From the NCBI GenBank assembly GCA_050084515.1, contig CM114271.1, positions 10,416,001-10,480,000 on the forward strand: 64,000 nt of DNA, in the 5' to 3' direction. Within the stretch, counting starts at the first letter, position 1, and every line of letters starts with the position of its first letter. Shown here piece after piece: positions 48,700 to 61,051 of the stretch. A program made the position numbers and the translations under genes. The notes under the pieces are model-generated. The model ran no database searches. It had not been told where the DNA came from and saw only the letters and a list, made by a program, of their open reading frames with translations. Source of the DNA: Blasia pusilla (Eukaryota).

Positions 48700-51600
48700 C
48701 TTGTAACTATTTTCATGGTGATCCAATCTTTTCAATCTAAGGCCCAATATGTTCATCTTCTCAAGCTTGAACTTTGGGTTCTTCTTTTTTCCACTTATGA
48801 TTGAGTTTTCCAAAGTTCTTGGGATCTTTGGACCTCCTTCTCTCTTAAAAGTGCTCATAGATTCCTATACGCAATTTCAAACATAGTGCTCTCCTTATAG
48901 AGTGATAACGGGTTACCATCGATTTAAGGAATTCCTTTTGCTTTTCTGGATCTTTTGATACGGGTTGGGCCCAACATTACAAATCCATTCCCTCATAGCA
49001 ATCATTGGTGGGTGGTTCACTTACTCCTCACATCCTCTTTTCTCGTATTTCCAATTTCTTTCATAACTTTCTTCTGGAATGTCGGTTTTGGACGTGTTTG
49101 GGCTTGTTTCGATCGTCTTGATGAACTCGTTCTTTTCATATCAAGTAGATTTTCTAGTTTTTTCTTCCTTCTCTGTAGGCGCCTATTTTTGTATACGGGT
49201 TTGTTTTAGGTCAATTCCTCCCAAAAGTCTTTCTTGCTCTTCCAACTCCTTACCTTACTGTTTCGCCCCTACATACGTTTGCCATCTCCTTAAGGATATT
49301 AGAAATTCATATTCTTGAGCCACCTCTTCCGATACCATATAGATCACGTTTCCGTTTCAATTGCTTTTTATATTTTTCTCATAGTAACTTTCAATCATAA
49401 ATTCGGTATTGCCTAATCTTCATTTCTCCATCTAAATTTCTTTTGGACGAATTCCACTACTTTTGCTTTGCTCGTTATCCTCATGCTTTCTCCAAACCAC
49501 GTTTCATATGTCTTTTCATGTCTTCGATGACTTGCCTATCTTTACTTCTATGTCATCAAAGATGAAGTTGGATTCTCCATCTACTCGCTTATCTGGTTTT
49601 ACACGCCCTCCTACAGGCGTAACCTCTCCCCCTGGTTCAAATCCTCATCGTAGATCTCGCCATTTTCCTCCAGATGCTAATACACCCATTATACTCGCTA
49701 CTTTTCTTCCGGATGCTCCTCTTCTCCCTTCTTCGCCTTGTCCTATTGAGCCTAATCTTGATCTATTATTACCGAATCCTTCTACTTTGCCATCCCCACA
49801 TATCTCATCTATGCCCTTGCTTCCAACTCCCATCTATTCTACCCGAATCTCCCCTCTTCCTCCTCCTCCTTCCCCAACCTTCTTACCCCCTCATCATCCG
49901 CCATCACCACCTCTTGCACCTCCTACCTCCTCTCCTTGTAACCCTTCTACTTCTCCATTTGTACCAAAGGTTCGTTGTATACCTTGTGGTAAGGAGTTTG
50001 CTCCTAATGGGATCAAAAGACATCAGCAGTACTGTCGATCCATGCATGGGCCTTAAATCCCTAACCCGATACCACCCCCTCCTGCACTCCCCACAACAAC
50101 TGCTTGAACCTGGTTAAGTGTGATACCCACAATTTTGTACTCTTGAAGAATATATCTTTTTATTCAACGAAGACTCTTGTATATTATGATTTTGATTATG
50201 ATTATTTATTATTATGAGGAAGAATGAGTGAATCACGAAGCTCTTGGGACAAGGCAGAGAGATGGAAGATAAGGGATTTGCCTTAGAGGAGAGGAAAACG
50301 CAATAACGAAGTCTCAAGACTCAGAACGAAGCTTAACGAAGCTCAACGAAGATGTACGAAACTCTGTCTTTAAAGTGCTTCGCTGCATAACGAAGCATCA
50401 CGAAGAAAAGAAGAAAAGAAGAAAGAAGTACTTCGCTCTTACACGAAGCACGAAGCACCGGAAATAAAAACAAAGCATGGAGTACTTCGTCCTCATGAAG
50501 TCCAACGAAGGGAAGCTAAGAAGGACTGTGATTTCAAGCGACACATGTTAGAACAACTAAACTAGGAAAGGGCGTGACCCTTTGCATCAAATTGGTAGTT
50601 AGGACAGTTTTGTACTGCGGATTCACAGGGATCGTAGGAAAAGCTAAGAGAACCATAGATCTAGGTAGTTAGAAATAGTGAAGAGACACTAACTTCATCA
50701 AGAACGTTTCGAATCTTTGGATCACTTCCACTCTAGCAAATATTTAAGAAGCAAGGCAGAAGCCATAATCATCATTCTCTTACGAAGTCTTTATGTTGTA
50801 GGAATGGTCCGAGCAAGAGAGTAGTACCCTCTCGAGCTTGTATACACTTTGAAGCTTTCTCGTTCTTGATGGAGTAGTAAAGCAATCATTCATTCATTCT
50901 GATGTGCGATGCTTATGTCTCGAGTATTCTTTTTGGGTCTCTAGAGTGAAGAGTGAATCAAAGTAACCTTTCTCATCAGTGAAATAATCAACCTGAGTTG
51001 TAGGAAATCTGTTTGACAGAGAGTAACCTGCCGAGACGGATTGAGTTCCGAAAGTAGGAGAAGCCAACTTTTGTGTTGAGATCTCTGTGAGGTTTCTTGA
51101 TGTCGAGAGGAAAATCTACCTGAACATGCTGTCAATTCCACTAGAGAGAATTGAGAAAAGATCCTTTGGTACTTAGAAAGATCAGAAGATATTAATAAGA
51201 CATTGAATATAACTCACACATCTTTAAATACAACTATCACAACAGAATTGTAATTCCGAACTCTCTTTTCATCAAACAATGATCCTCTTGGGGATCGAAC
51301 TTATTAAAACGACTATAAAATAGAAACACTTGTACATTACATTAAGCCAAATTGATCTCCCTCGCTCTTTGCATCTAGGTCTTCCTCGTCCTAGACTCTA
51401 TACTCGCATTCCTATTGCTCTTTGCCCCATCACCCAACAAGCTTTGCTTTTCCCATTAGAAATCTTAGCGCGTGACCCCACAGATATAAATTCTTGGTAT
51501 CTCCTATTTCTCTTCCCACAATGGGTTTTAGTCCTCCCTCCAAGGGGTGGTGCAACAGGTCATCGTGAAACCTCCACACGTATTCAACGCTTTATGTCTG

Positions 51601-54372
51601 GGGATTGGGTGAATCTTCAGGATGAGCATGTACTTCGAGCAGAGGCCTTAGCTGCGGCTCATCCCACTCAACATGCCAATCATAGGAGGCCTTCAATACA
51701 ACAACGCCTTCGACGAAGTCTACTTTTGGGGCAGGTTGGTGAGTTTTCACTTGTAGCTCGAGCATTGGGTCCTCTTTCTCCGGCGGTTCCAAGTGCGGAA
51801 ACAATGGCTCTTTTAGAAGCTCTTCATCCTCCTTCAAGTGGCGATGCTCCATCTTTTGTGGAAGACTATACAAAGGACCTTGACTTGGAGGTTTTCACGA
51901 GGGCTTTTATGCATACTCCTCGCTTATCAGCAAGCAGTCTATCAGGGATGGTTTTTTAGCATCTCCGCGATTGCTTTATCCTAGCAGATTCAGCAAGTGG
52001 CTTTGTCTCTCTATATAAGGTGTGTGCTCATATGGCGGTAGGTCGTCTTCCATTCTATATCTCTAGGCTCTTAAGGGTTTGTCGTTTGTTGGCTATGGAT
52101 AAGCCTCCTTCTGGTATGTGCCCTTCGGCTATTGGAGAGGTTTTATATCGCTTGGTTAGTCGATCCCTATGCTTGCAATTTTGTCCTCACTTTAGTGCCC
52201 ACTTATTTCCTCATCAATTTGGAGTGGCAACTCTTGGAGGTTGTGAGGCTGTGGTGCATGGGATTCACTCCACTCTTGATATTCGTCCTGATTGTGTAGC
52301 AATTCAAGTCGATATGGCTAACGCATTCGATTCAGTTTCTCGTGCGGCCATCTTTGAAGAGTTACGTTGTCTAGGTGGACAACTTGCGAGCCTCATTCCA
52401 TTTGTTCGCTCCTTGTATGCCTATGATATGCCCATTATCTATTCCCATCATGCTACTTCTGGGGAATATAGTATTCTACAATCGGCTTGTGGCACACGTC
52501 AAGGTGATCCCATGGGGGGCCCACTCATTGCCATTGCCCATTTTCGTGCCCTTCGAGCATCAACGCAAGCATTTCCATCTTGTCTTTTTCCTTCTATTGC
52601 TGATGACACTCACATGATAGGTCGTGCTTCTGAAGTGATTCGTGCTTATACCTATTTCGTGGAGCAACTCTCTTTCTTAAACCTTAAAGTCCAACCTAGT
52701 AAATGTGGAGTATGGTCTCCTTCATGCCTTCCCTCAACATTCACCCCACCTACTCATGATTTTCCCATCTACATTGAAGGGGTTAGAGTTCTTGGGGTCC
52801 CAATTGGCTTCATCGACTGTTTCAAAGTTCTTCATGAGGCCCTTTTGAAAGACGTGGAATGGCTTCATTTGTTATCTCATCTAGGGGATCCCCAAGTGGC
52901 TTATGGGATTCTCTCCCAATATTTTCTACGACGTCCTTCCTACCTTCTTCGCACTTGTCCTCCCACTTCAAGGTTCTTACATCGGTTGGCCTCTTTTGAT
53001 GCTTCTATCTTGGCAACTTTTGGTCAACTTCTTGGCCCGATTACCTTTGAGGGAGAGGATGGTGTCTTTGCTTCACGACAAGCTATCTTGCCTATTTCTT
53101 TTGGAGGGGTGGGATTGTCCTCCATAGTCGCATCTGCTCCCGCAACCTTTTTGGGGAGTTGGTAGCACCGATTATGGCTTCAAGGTTTCTCCAAGGAGAT
53201 ACACCTTCTTGATGGACCATATCGCCCATGTAGAGGAGGGGAACTTGTTATTTCAACAACAACTGAGATCTGCACGAGCTCTTCTTCCTCTTGCTACACG
53301 AGCAATTCTACCCCCTTTCAGTCAACTAATTACGGAAGGGCTTGATCGACTTCAAGAGCATATCTCCGAGAATCTGCATCAAATCAACTTTTCCAGCATT
53401 CTCTCGGAGGCATCCTCTGACGCTCATCGAGCTCGTCTACGTTCATGTGCAGGTACCGGAGCGGGGCATGGCTTACTGCAAATCCTCTTATTCTTCCATT
53501 TCGTCTTCCTCGAAGTATATTCTCGATAGCTTTGCGGTTACGTCTTGGACTTCCCCATCCTTCTCTCTTAGGTGTGCCGAATTGTGTATGCGGGGATCCC
53601 ATTGATGCCAAGGGTATCCATATTCTCCGATGTGCACATGGTGGAGAACGAACGGCCACACATGATGTCATTAGAGAGGCGGTAGCATTAGTGGCTTGTA
53701 CTGCAGGATACACCATTGGGCAAGAGCAACTCCACGTCCTACCTTCAACCACACAAGCAACCTCTCATCAGAGAGTGGATCTTGTTATGTCTCGAGGTGG
53801 ATTCCGGACACTAGGTGATGTGGTGGTTGTTGATCCAACACGTTCTGACTTGGTGTGTCGAGCCGCACAGACCAAAGGTTTGGCGGCCGAAGCTGCAACA
53901 AGAATCAAGGAGTTAAGTTATGATGTGAGACATGCGATTGATGGATTTATTCCTTTTGCAATGGAAGTATTCGGTCATTTACATGTGTCTTTTGATACTT
54001 TCCTGAAAATATGTGCTCACCACTCCCTCGAGAATCATCACCTTGCCCCTTCCCGTAGTCCTTCTCTCTCGGTAGTTACTACTTATTTTCGGCAATGCAT
54101 CTCAGTGACCTTACAACGTGCACAAGCCTTGGCATTGATACGTCGTGCGGAAGTGGTGGGGGGTCGCTCGCCTCGTCGTCCATTCACGTATGACCAACCA
54201 CTCGTATTCTTGTCAGATTTGTTTCAGGCTAGTAATTGTGTAGCTCGTTGAGCCAGTGTTTGCGTTGGCTTGTTGCCACTTTCTTTTTGCGTTCTTGTAT
54301 GCATTTGTTGACTCCTCTTTTGAGTTGTTATTGCTTTTTTTTTCCTCTTTTGAAGTTTATTTTATAATAAAA
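48700..54372 (+). mobile_element. CRE-clade-like non-LTR retrotransposon (Zn finger, RT, restriction-like endonuclease); 5' limit approximate
   Basis: Pro-rich N-terminus with CIPCGKEF...RHQQYC. RT QFGV..GGCEAVVH, DMANAF, GTRQGDP, IADDT. C-terminus SGAWL, LRLRLGL, CVCG...HILRC, THD, RVDLV..DVVV, FIPFAMEVFG. AATAAA at ~54366. Confidence 0.85.
50119..51341 (+). repeat. Solo LTR, family C, inserted in the CRE ORF
   Basis: TGTGATACCC...TGTACATTACA. TSD TTAAG at 50114-50118 and 51342-51346. Confidence 0.93.
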
Positions 54373-54438
54373 TGGATATATTCCCGATTCGAAATGTACC
54401 GGGTACCAAACCTGGCGGGTACTCGGACTGAAAACGTC

Positions 54439-54446
54439 AACCCTAA
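54439..54446 (+). promoter_or_regulatory. Telo-box-like AACCCTAA in the promoter/5' region of the DUF4602 gene
   Basis: AACCCTAA about 450 bp upstream of the candidate ATG of a ribosome-biogenesis-type gene. Confidence 0.4.
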
Positions 54447-54892
54447 TCCTATGAGGGAAGCAGTTTCTTCGATCTCCACTTCGGGTACGGGACGCAGGGG
54501 TTGCCGACGTGTTCAGAGTGTGAGACTCAGAGTGTGGTTAGGGATCCTTATTACGCAATTTCCTCAAAGGGTTTTGGCTGTCGGTGAGGTTAAGAATGGA
54601 GCAGGTAGTTTTGCGGAATTTGACGGTTCATTTGCTGTGACGTGATTTGGGGCCAGGAAACGAAGCTACCTCCCAGATCGTAAAGCTATTGCATGTGCCA
54701 TAGCTGGTGTCTAGAATTACTCTGAAAATTGCATGATTCCACCAAACGGCCGATCAGATTTTTGTAGCACTTGGTAATGTTAGAGATACTGCTAGTAGAT
54801 CTTTAAAGCGTTTTCTGGTATCTTCAGGGTGCACGCGAGGATTGATTTTTGCTGTCGAAGAAGTGAGTGTTGGTTGCTGCTGGACTCTCAAA

Positions 54893-56615
54893 ATGCTTCG
54901 CGAACTTGCTCCAATTTTTGATGGGACTATCGGTGATCGGCGATATAGACCGAGTGTTTGGACTTCTAGAAGACCCAGCAGAGGAGGACCAGCGAATGAC
55001 GAGAAAAACGAAAAGCAAGAGTTCAGGGACATTCTTAAAGAGGTCGAACAGCTAGGTAGGTGGGAAAGCACTTTGGTTTTGGAATTGGAATTGGATCTGG
55101 ATTTTTTTTCTTTATCTTTCACTCCTGTGGATTACAGTGTTTACAAGCTTATGGCCTTTTCTGATTCTTAGGTGAGCAATTTATCACTTACAGGAGCCTC
55201 GCAGTTTAGTTGGAAGGAGCGCAAGGAATGGGAGAAAAGAAAATTAGGGCCTCTTGGTGCTAAGGTTCATTCCAGTATTGCCTTAGTTCTATTTTTCTGC
55301 TTGACTAGCAGGTTGTTGCGAAATTTTACGTGCAGGGTGATTCTTTGAAAGTTTGCTTGGTTTCTTGGGCAACTCTGTCTCGTACATCTGGGATATGTTG
55401 CCACTCAGGAGGCTATAGTTGGACTATATATCCATAATAGAGTTATAGAAAGCAGGTGTTTTCAAGAAGACTCCCCAGAAAAGGATGAAAGAGTCGTTTC
55501 TATGCCGTAGGAATAATTATAACAGACAACACTATTTCTTTCATTCTTAGGCATTTTCTGATACACAGTTCTTTTTCTCTGGCAGCCTACCAAGAACTGC
55601 AAAATGCCTATATCGATGGGATTAAATATAAAGAGGAAACGTGAAAAATTGGAAGCTGAGAAAGAGGAACAGGTGAGTCTTCTTTCTTTGTCGTTCTGTA
55701 CGAGATACGCAGGATCCATTTCTTGATGAATGTTCTCGTAGGATTTCTATCTCAAGTGCAGTGGAGAGAATTCTTGATTCAGGAGACTGGCTTCATACCT
55801 TTGTATGGGAAAGATTCTCATCCTCGACGAACTTAGGGAGATCCTGGCTAGGCTGACGTGTTGGGGAAAGCAAAGGAATGAATGTAAGTGGGTGTGCACT
55901 GAAAATACTTGACTAAGATTCAGAAGTGGTTTCTCTTACAGTCAAAACTTGTTCATTGACCTGTATACCCACGGTAGGATCTGGAAGGCCACATTATGCT
56001 CACTTGTCCAATGTGTCATCAATCTCATAACTAAGCTCCCATTCCCAAGAGTGTCACTGCAGCAATTATTAGGGGCAGTTCAGGCAGGTATTAGCTTGTT
56101 CTGTAGTGTATGTAGGCTTTTCTGCAGCGGAAGAAATTGCTGAAAATCCTAAATATTAGGCTACGTATTTTTTTTCCCTGTTGGTGCCAGATATTCCCAT
56201 CCAACCGCAAGTCGTGCACACCTTGATCGAGGGGTCTGCACTGACCTTCTCAAACCCAGACCATCACCGTTGATTTTGGCGTGCTTTGGTCGATGTTGAC
56301 ATATCTAATTTTGGGGGTGGCATGTATGGTTGAGAACAGGACTGGTTAGCAGGTTGGCGGCCAAATAAAAGCAAGAAGAAAACTTCTTCCAGAGAACTGA
56401 GATCGGAGGACAAAGGTCTGAGGGTGTCTGAGGGTAAGTTCAAGGGAGGTGTTCTGTATGTGACGCGTCCAGAGAAAGTTACAAAGAGAGGTAAGAACGG
56501 ATTGGATCAATCCTTAGATCGAGTTTTCAATGATGGAGATAAATTTGGGAGAAAAGGATCTGGGAAGGGCAAAGGCAAAAAGGGCAGCAGGGGCAAGAAG
56601 AAAGGTAAGAAATGA
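54893..56615 (+). CDS. DUF4602 / C1orf131(Faf1)-like 40S ribosome biogenesis protein; exons 54893-55055, 55194-55264, 55586-55672, 56340-56615 (start codon uncertain)
   Basis: GT-AG introns in consistent phase give EFRDILKEVEQLGASQFSWKERKEWEKRKLGPLGAKPTKNCKMPISMG...GLRVSEGKFKGGVLYV and a Lys/Gly-rich tail, with no stops. Confidence 0.8.
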
Positions 56616-59444
56616 TAACCCGTAGCGGTGTTTAGGAAATTTTTTGATCCACAGTATATTTCATACATTTCAATGATGTACTTATCAAACCTGCAAGGGT
56701 GACATTTGGATTGGATTGCTCATGGACGGATGTGAGATGTGTTTATCTAGTATAAGGATTACAGCAGGTTCGTTTGGCCGTCTTCTCCATCGTAATCTTG
56801 CATAAAATCCTTCAAGTGAAGCACGACATTTCTTTCCGCTGAAGAAACTTCGAATCCCCTATTGATAACGCTCTGAATTAGCCATTGATAGCAATCTTTC
56901 TACGTTTACAACTCGAAGAGGATAAGAATGAAGTCAATTTTTCTGCGGGTATCAATTTTGCAGGGTAACTGCTCTAGAGATATGCCGTCACAGTTGAATC
57001 GAGCAGGGGTACGCATGCCTCTTCGAAGTACAGATCCGTTCCACTGAATTGTTAACAGCTCGTGGCGTGAGACGTGCCAGTTGAACCGATTTCTCAGATT
57101 CAACTATTATACTTACTTGGGGTTCGCAGACTCAAAGGTTGTCATAGACATGGGTCAGATCTGCGCCACAACAGACTTCCCATTACTAATACCTCCAGAG
57201 AATTGATACCTTACTACCGGAGGGCCTCATTTGACCCTGTAGTAACTGGGTCATTTATTTTTCTTACTGTGGTATTTACTCTTTCTCACGGAAGGTTTCT
57301 ACAGGGAAGACTAACAAGTACCTTGAATTGTATGGAAAGAATACCTCACTTCATTGAAACGATCACACTTGTGGGTTTATCTGAAAATTTTCACAACACT
57401 TTCTACTTTGAATACATGTTCGTGCTTTTGCATTTGTAATTTTGCATTCACAAGGAAACTTGATGTTTGCTGTGAACAATGAAGTTTGCGATTGCTATTG
57501 TGATCCTCGTACTTAAGTCTGGATAATTATTGAGCATTTGTAGCTGATGGATAATTAGCGTTCATCCCAATGATGTTGAAGTCAACTAGAGAAAGCTATT
57601 GAACAAGTGTATTAAACTTAACTCTCATTGTGATGATGGTTACATATGATGCCTCGGCATCGTGTGTGACCATTGCTAACTAACACAGCTTCGGCATTAA
57701 CTCTGCTTCGCCATCCCGGGCTAAGCTTTTGTGACCCTAAGTCTTATGTTGGTGGGGCAAACCTAGCCCGGGAACCGGTGTGGCAAGCCTTGAGGCAGGC
57801 CACCAGATATTCGCTAGTCGTCGCCCCATATCCTATACCACCTAAACCCATATTATCATCCATGTGATGGAATGGTAGTCAGCCATGGTGGCCGGGCGCA
57901 TGGGATGGTAGGCATCTTGTCATGGACTGGGCGCATGGAATGTAGCCATCCAGTCATGTGTCCTAGATGCTGGTTGGGATGGTATTGTGTTACGTCATGG
58001 GGCTAGACGCAGTTGAATACGAATTTTATCGGAGGGGGGGCCAAAGTTGTGTTTTATCAGGAGGGTTGCCTAAACTGTCGAGGATTATTATAGGCCTTAT
58101 TTTGGCCATTCGGTTGGCATTTTGCTCATGTTGGGAATTCACTTTGCCATTTCGAACCGTCGTGCCCCGCATGCGACCAATCTGCTTGTCAAGGTTCTGT
58201 TGTGTTTGTCGGCTCCATAACATCTCCATGCCTGGTGACGCTTGGCCCTTGCATTTCATGTTCAGTCGGGATTCTTGTGCAGGCATTTTAATTGGGCGAG
58301 TGTAATTGGGATTTCTTGTGTTCAGGGGGGATTCTTGAGGTGTTTTAGCAGGGCCCGCGAGTACTTGATGAGAATTCCGACAGATCCAGCCATGTTGGAG
58401 GAGAAAGTGACATGCTTTCGCTAATGGAGCCAAGAGTGCCGACCTTGGTTATCAGGTCGGTTATCACAGTCCAGGTACTTCATTCTCCAGAGGTACAAGG
58501 AATGAGAATTGTAAGTGCCCCTTTAAATTCCCACTCGAATATGAGGATTACAGACCGCGGAAAAGAGGCACATATTGTCCTTATTCGAGGGAAAATGATC
58601 AATTGTTACAATGGAGTGAAGAGGAGGATGATTACCATCTTTGGGACGTTTGTATTGCCAATCTTTATTGCCTAAACCCGTTCTGTCAACTGTCCGTGCG
58701 ATGCAAGACCTTGTTTCATTTGGTGTTTTCTGTTACCGAAGAAGAAGATTTTACCACCACACCTTCCGAACTTGCAGAGTTGTCAAAAAATATGGAAGAG
58801 CTTAGGCATACCCATGAAAGGCAATCGAGACATTACATTCTGAAAGCTGGTTCCACATCGGCCCTCCGACGCTTGGAAGGTGATAATGGCATTCATCCAA
58901 AGCAAAGTGATACGCCATGTCACAGTGTTCAGATCTTGCATAGTACAAATATGTCGGAAGAATTGTAGACATTCGGAGATGCTTTGTATGGTTTGTCACA
59001 AACCTTCCACAATACACTATCTTCCCAAGACTTGTAGGGATTATAGGCGGGAAGCCTTTGGAGGCCATGGCTTGTAAATGTTACGAACTGCTCCCTTGTG
59101 CTTTTGTTTTGCCTTGTAGGCCCTTTGTATTACCTTTCTGTTTTACATAACATGATGTTAAACCAAGAATTTTGTCCTGGGCACATGAATGTATAGTGGC
59201 CTAATGGATGTAAAGCCGATCATAGTGATAACCAGCAAGGAATTCACACAACGAAAGGCCTGAAAATGCAACACAACCCTGCACATGGATATGGCAAGGT
59301 GTAAAAATAGAATATACGCAAATGAGTGGCCAAACTTTAATTCAATAAAATTGTGCAAATTTCTCTATCATACCCGTAGTCCCCCGACCATTGTGCCACT
59401 AAGTCTTTGTTTGTTTCTTCATGTTCTTGAAGCAACTCCGAAGA

Positions 59445-60868
59445 CTAGGTATGTTGTGTGGCCAATTTCTTGAATTCGTGATTGATACAATGCATTTGGT
59501 GTTGATATTGTTGAATCAGTTGCGAAGCTTTCTTGACCTGCGAAGCTAGTTGATCAGCCCCACACTCCATGTTAATCGCCAACCTCTCCCATTGGCGTGC
59601 GTTCCGTGCTTCGTATTGATTCTGGACCAAATCGTTTTGAACATTGCGAAGTGTCGTCTTAGTGTCTTCGAGTTCTTGACCCCTTGAAGATTTGTTTTTG
59701 CCACTTTGCGCTGTGCTTCATTCTTTGATGAGGCTTGGGCCCTATAGTTGAGGTCATCAAGCGCCTGTAAATATTGGTCCACCGCCGATGTGTCTTCCAA
59801 GTGGAGAACTTGTAGTTGATTCATGATCGGGATAGCCAAATTCAGGAACCACACCATATCGTTGGCTGTCTGGGACATGAGGCGAAGAGCAGGACGGTGA
59901 TCGCTAGCACGAGGCGTCTCGTCTGAGTCCTCCTAGGTTGCGGGCTCTGTTTCAGAGGGTGTTTCGAAATTAACTCTGCCGCGTTTAGGTCTTGGCAATT
60001 CGATGAACTCCTCGGCCTTCCTTGAAGCCGAAGTATGTGGATGTTGCTTTGGGGCTGCTTCGCGTGGCGGGGTGATTTCGCGGCTTCCACTAGTAATCGT
60101 TCCGCTCTTTCTTGGTAAGCGGACGGGAGTAACTTGTGACCAATCCAACGACTCATCGGCCGGCAATTCCTGCTTATGAATATACAGATGGATTAAAAAA
60201 GGAGACATGAAGGACTTCGTGCTCGGATGAAGTACTTCCAACATTGCGCGTACATGCCCGTCCACCAAAGAAGCGAATTCGACTCCCGGTGCTTGGGGGT
60301 CCAGGTGCTGATTCCAAAGGATGTAGCACATCTTGACGAGCTTGTTCGTCGGGTAGTAAGAACGAGCAGGATAAAACAAAGTCTTCAAATGCTTGCAAAA
60401 TTGTCCAAACAATGGCGGAGACAGCGAAGTAGCCTTGTAGCCACTCCTGCCAAGGCGATCAGACGTTACACAATCGAGTGCCAACAAATCTTCGTGCTTT
60501 ACTAGCAATTCAGTGTCATACTCGTACTCTGGAGCGGCCGGGAGCATATAAGTTGCTCGCCAGTCATCCGGCGTCCATTGTTGTGGCTGAGCTCGATACC
60601 GAAGATCCCTTCTTTGAAACTTGGCTGCTGCAGTCGAGGAACTAAGCTCCCCGAGGAGTTCCCCGGACGTCAAGGTCCAATTTGCTTGAAAGAAAGTCAC
60701 CAAAGATCGCTCCTCAAGCGCTTCGACTAATTCTGGTGACAACTTGACCAGGAGCATGGCCGCACTCCGCAGAATGGGCGTAGAGTCTTCACGAGGCATG
60801 CTGGTAGGTTGATCTCGGTAAGCGCCCCGCTTTGGTTTGCTACGCAACTTTGTGGTGACTCTGTCCAT
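59445..60868 (-). pseudogene. Accessory ORF downstream of pol (plant-TE-associated N-terminal domain plus coiled-coil C-terminus)
   Basis: ORF 59933-60868 continues in frame past one TAG into ORF 59546-59878, then frameshifts into 59445-59630. Motifs WTPDDWRATY, GYKA, SPFLIHLY. Confidence 0.7.
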
Positions 60869-61051
60869 GAAAATACCCGCCCGGTTAAGTAGGGACGCTT
60901 ATATAGTCCCGACATTATGCGGGTTCTTGGCCTTGGCGCCGGGACTGCAATAGTCAGGTTGGCGCTTCGCTCTTTTGCGAAGTTCCAGTACCCTCGCGCT
61001 TCGCTCTTCTGCGAAGCTTCAAGCAGTCGCTCACCCCCTTTTCCTCCGGTT

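Noticed and set aside
48447-48804. GC-rich patch with short ORFs on both strands
   Set aside because: No recognisable motif. It could be a promoter or gene relic, or a TE end, but cannot be supported.
32661-54251. RT + helicase + nuclease cluster as a prokaryote-type defence, retron or viral system
   Set aside because: Each domain belongs to a separate recognisable eukaryotic transposon, with nested boundaries and independent decay.
57660-58100. 3' LTR and PPT of the right-hand gypsy element
   Set aside because: No convincing TG...CA pair with an adjacent PPT, and the partner LTR is outside the window.
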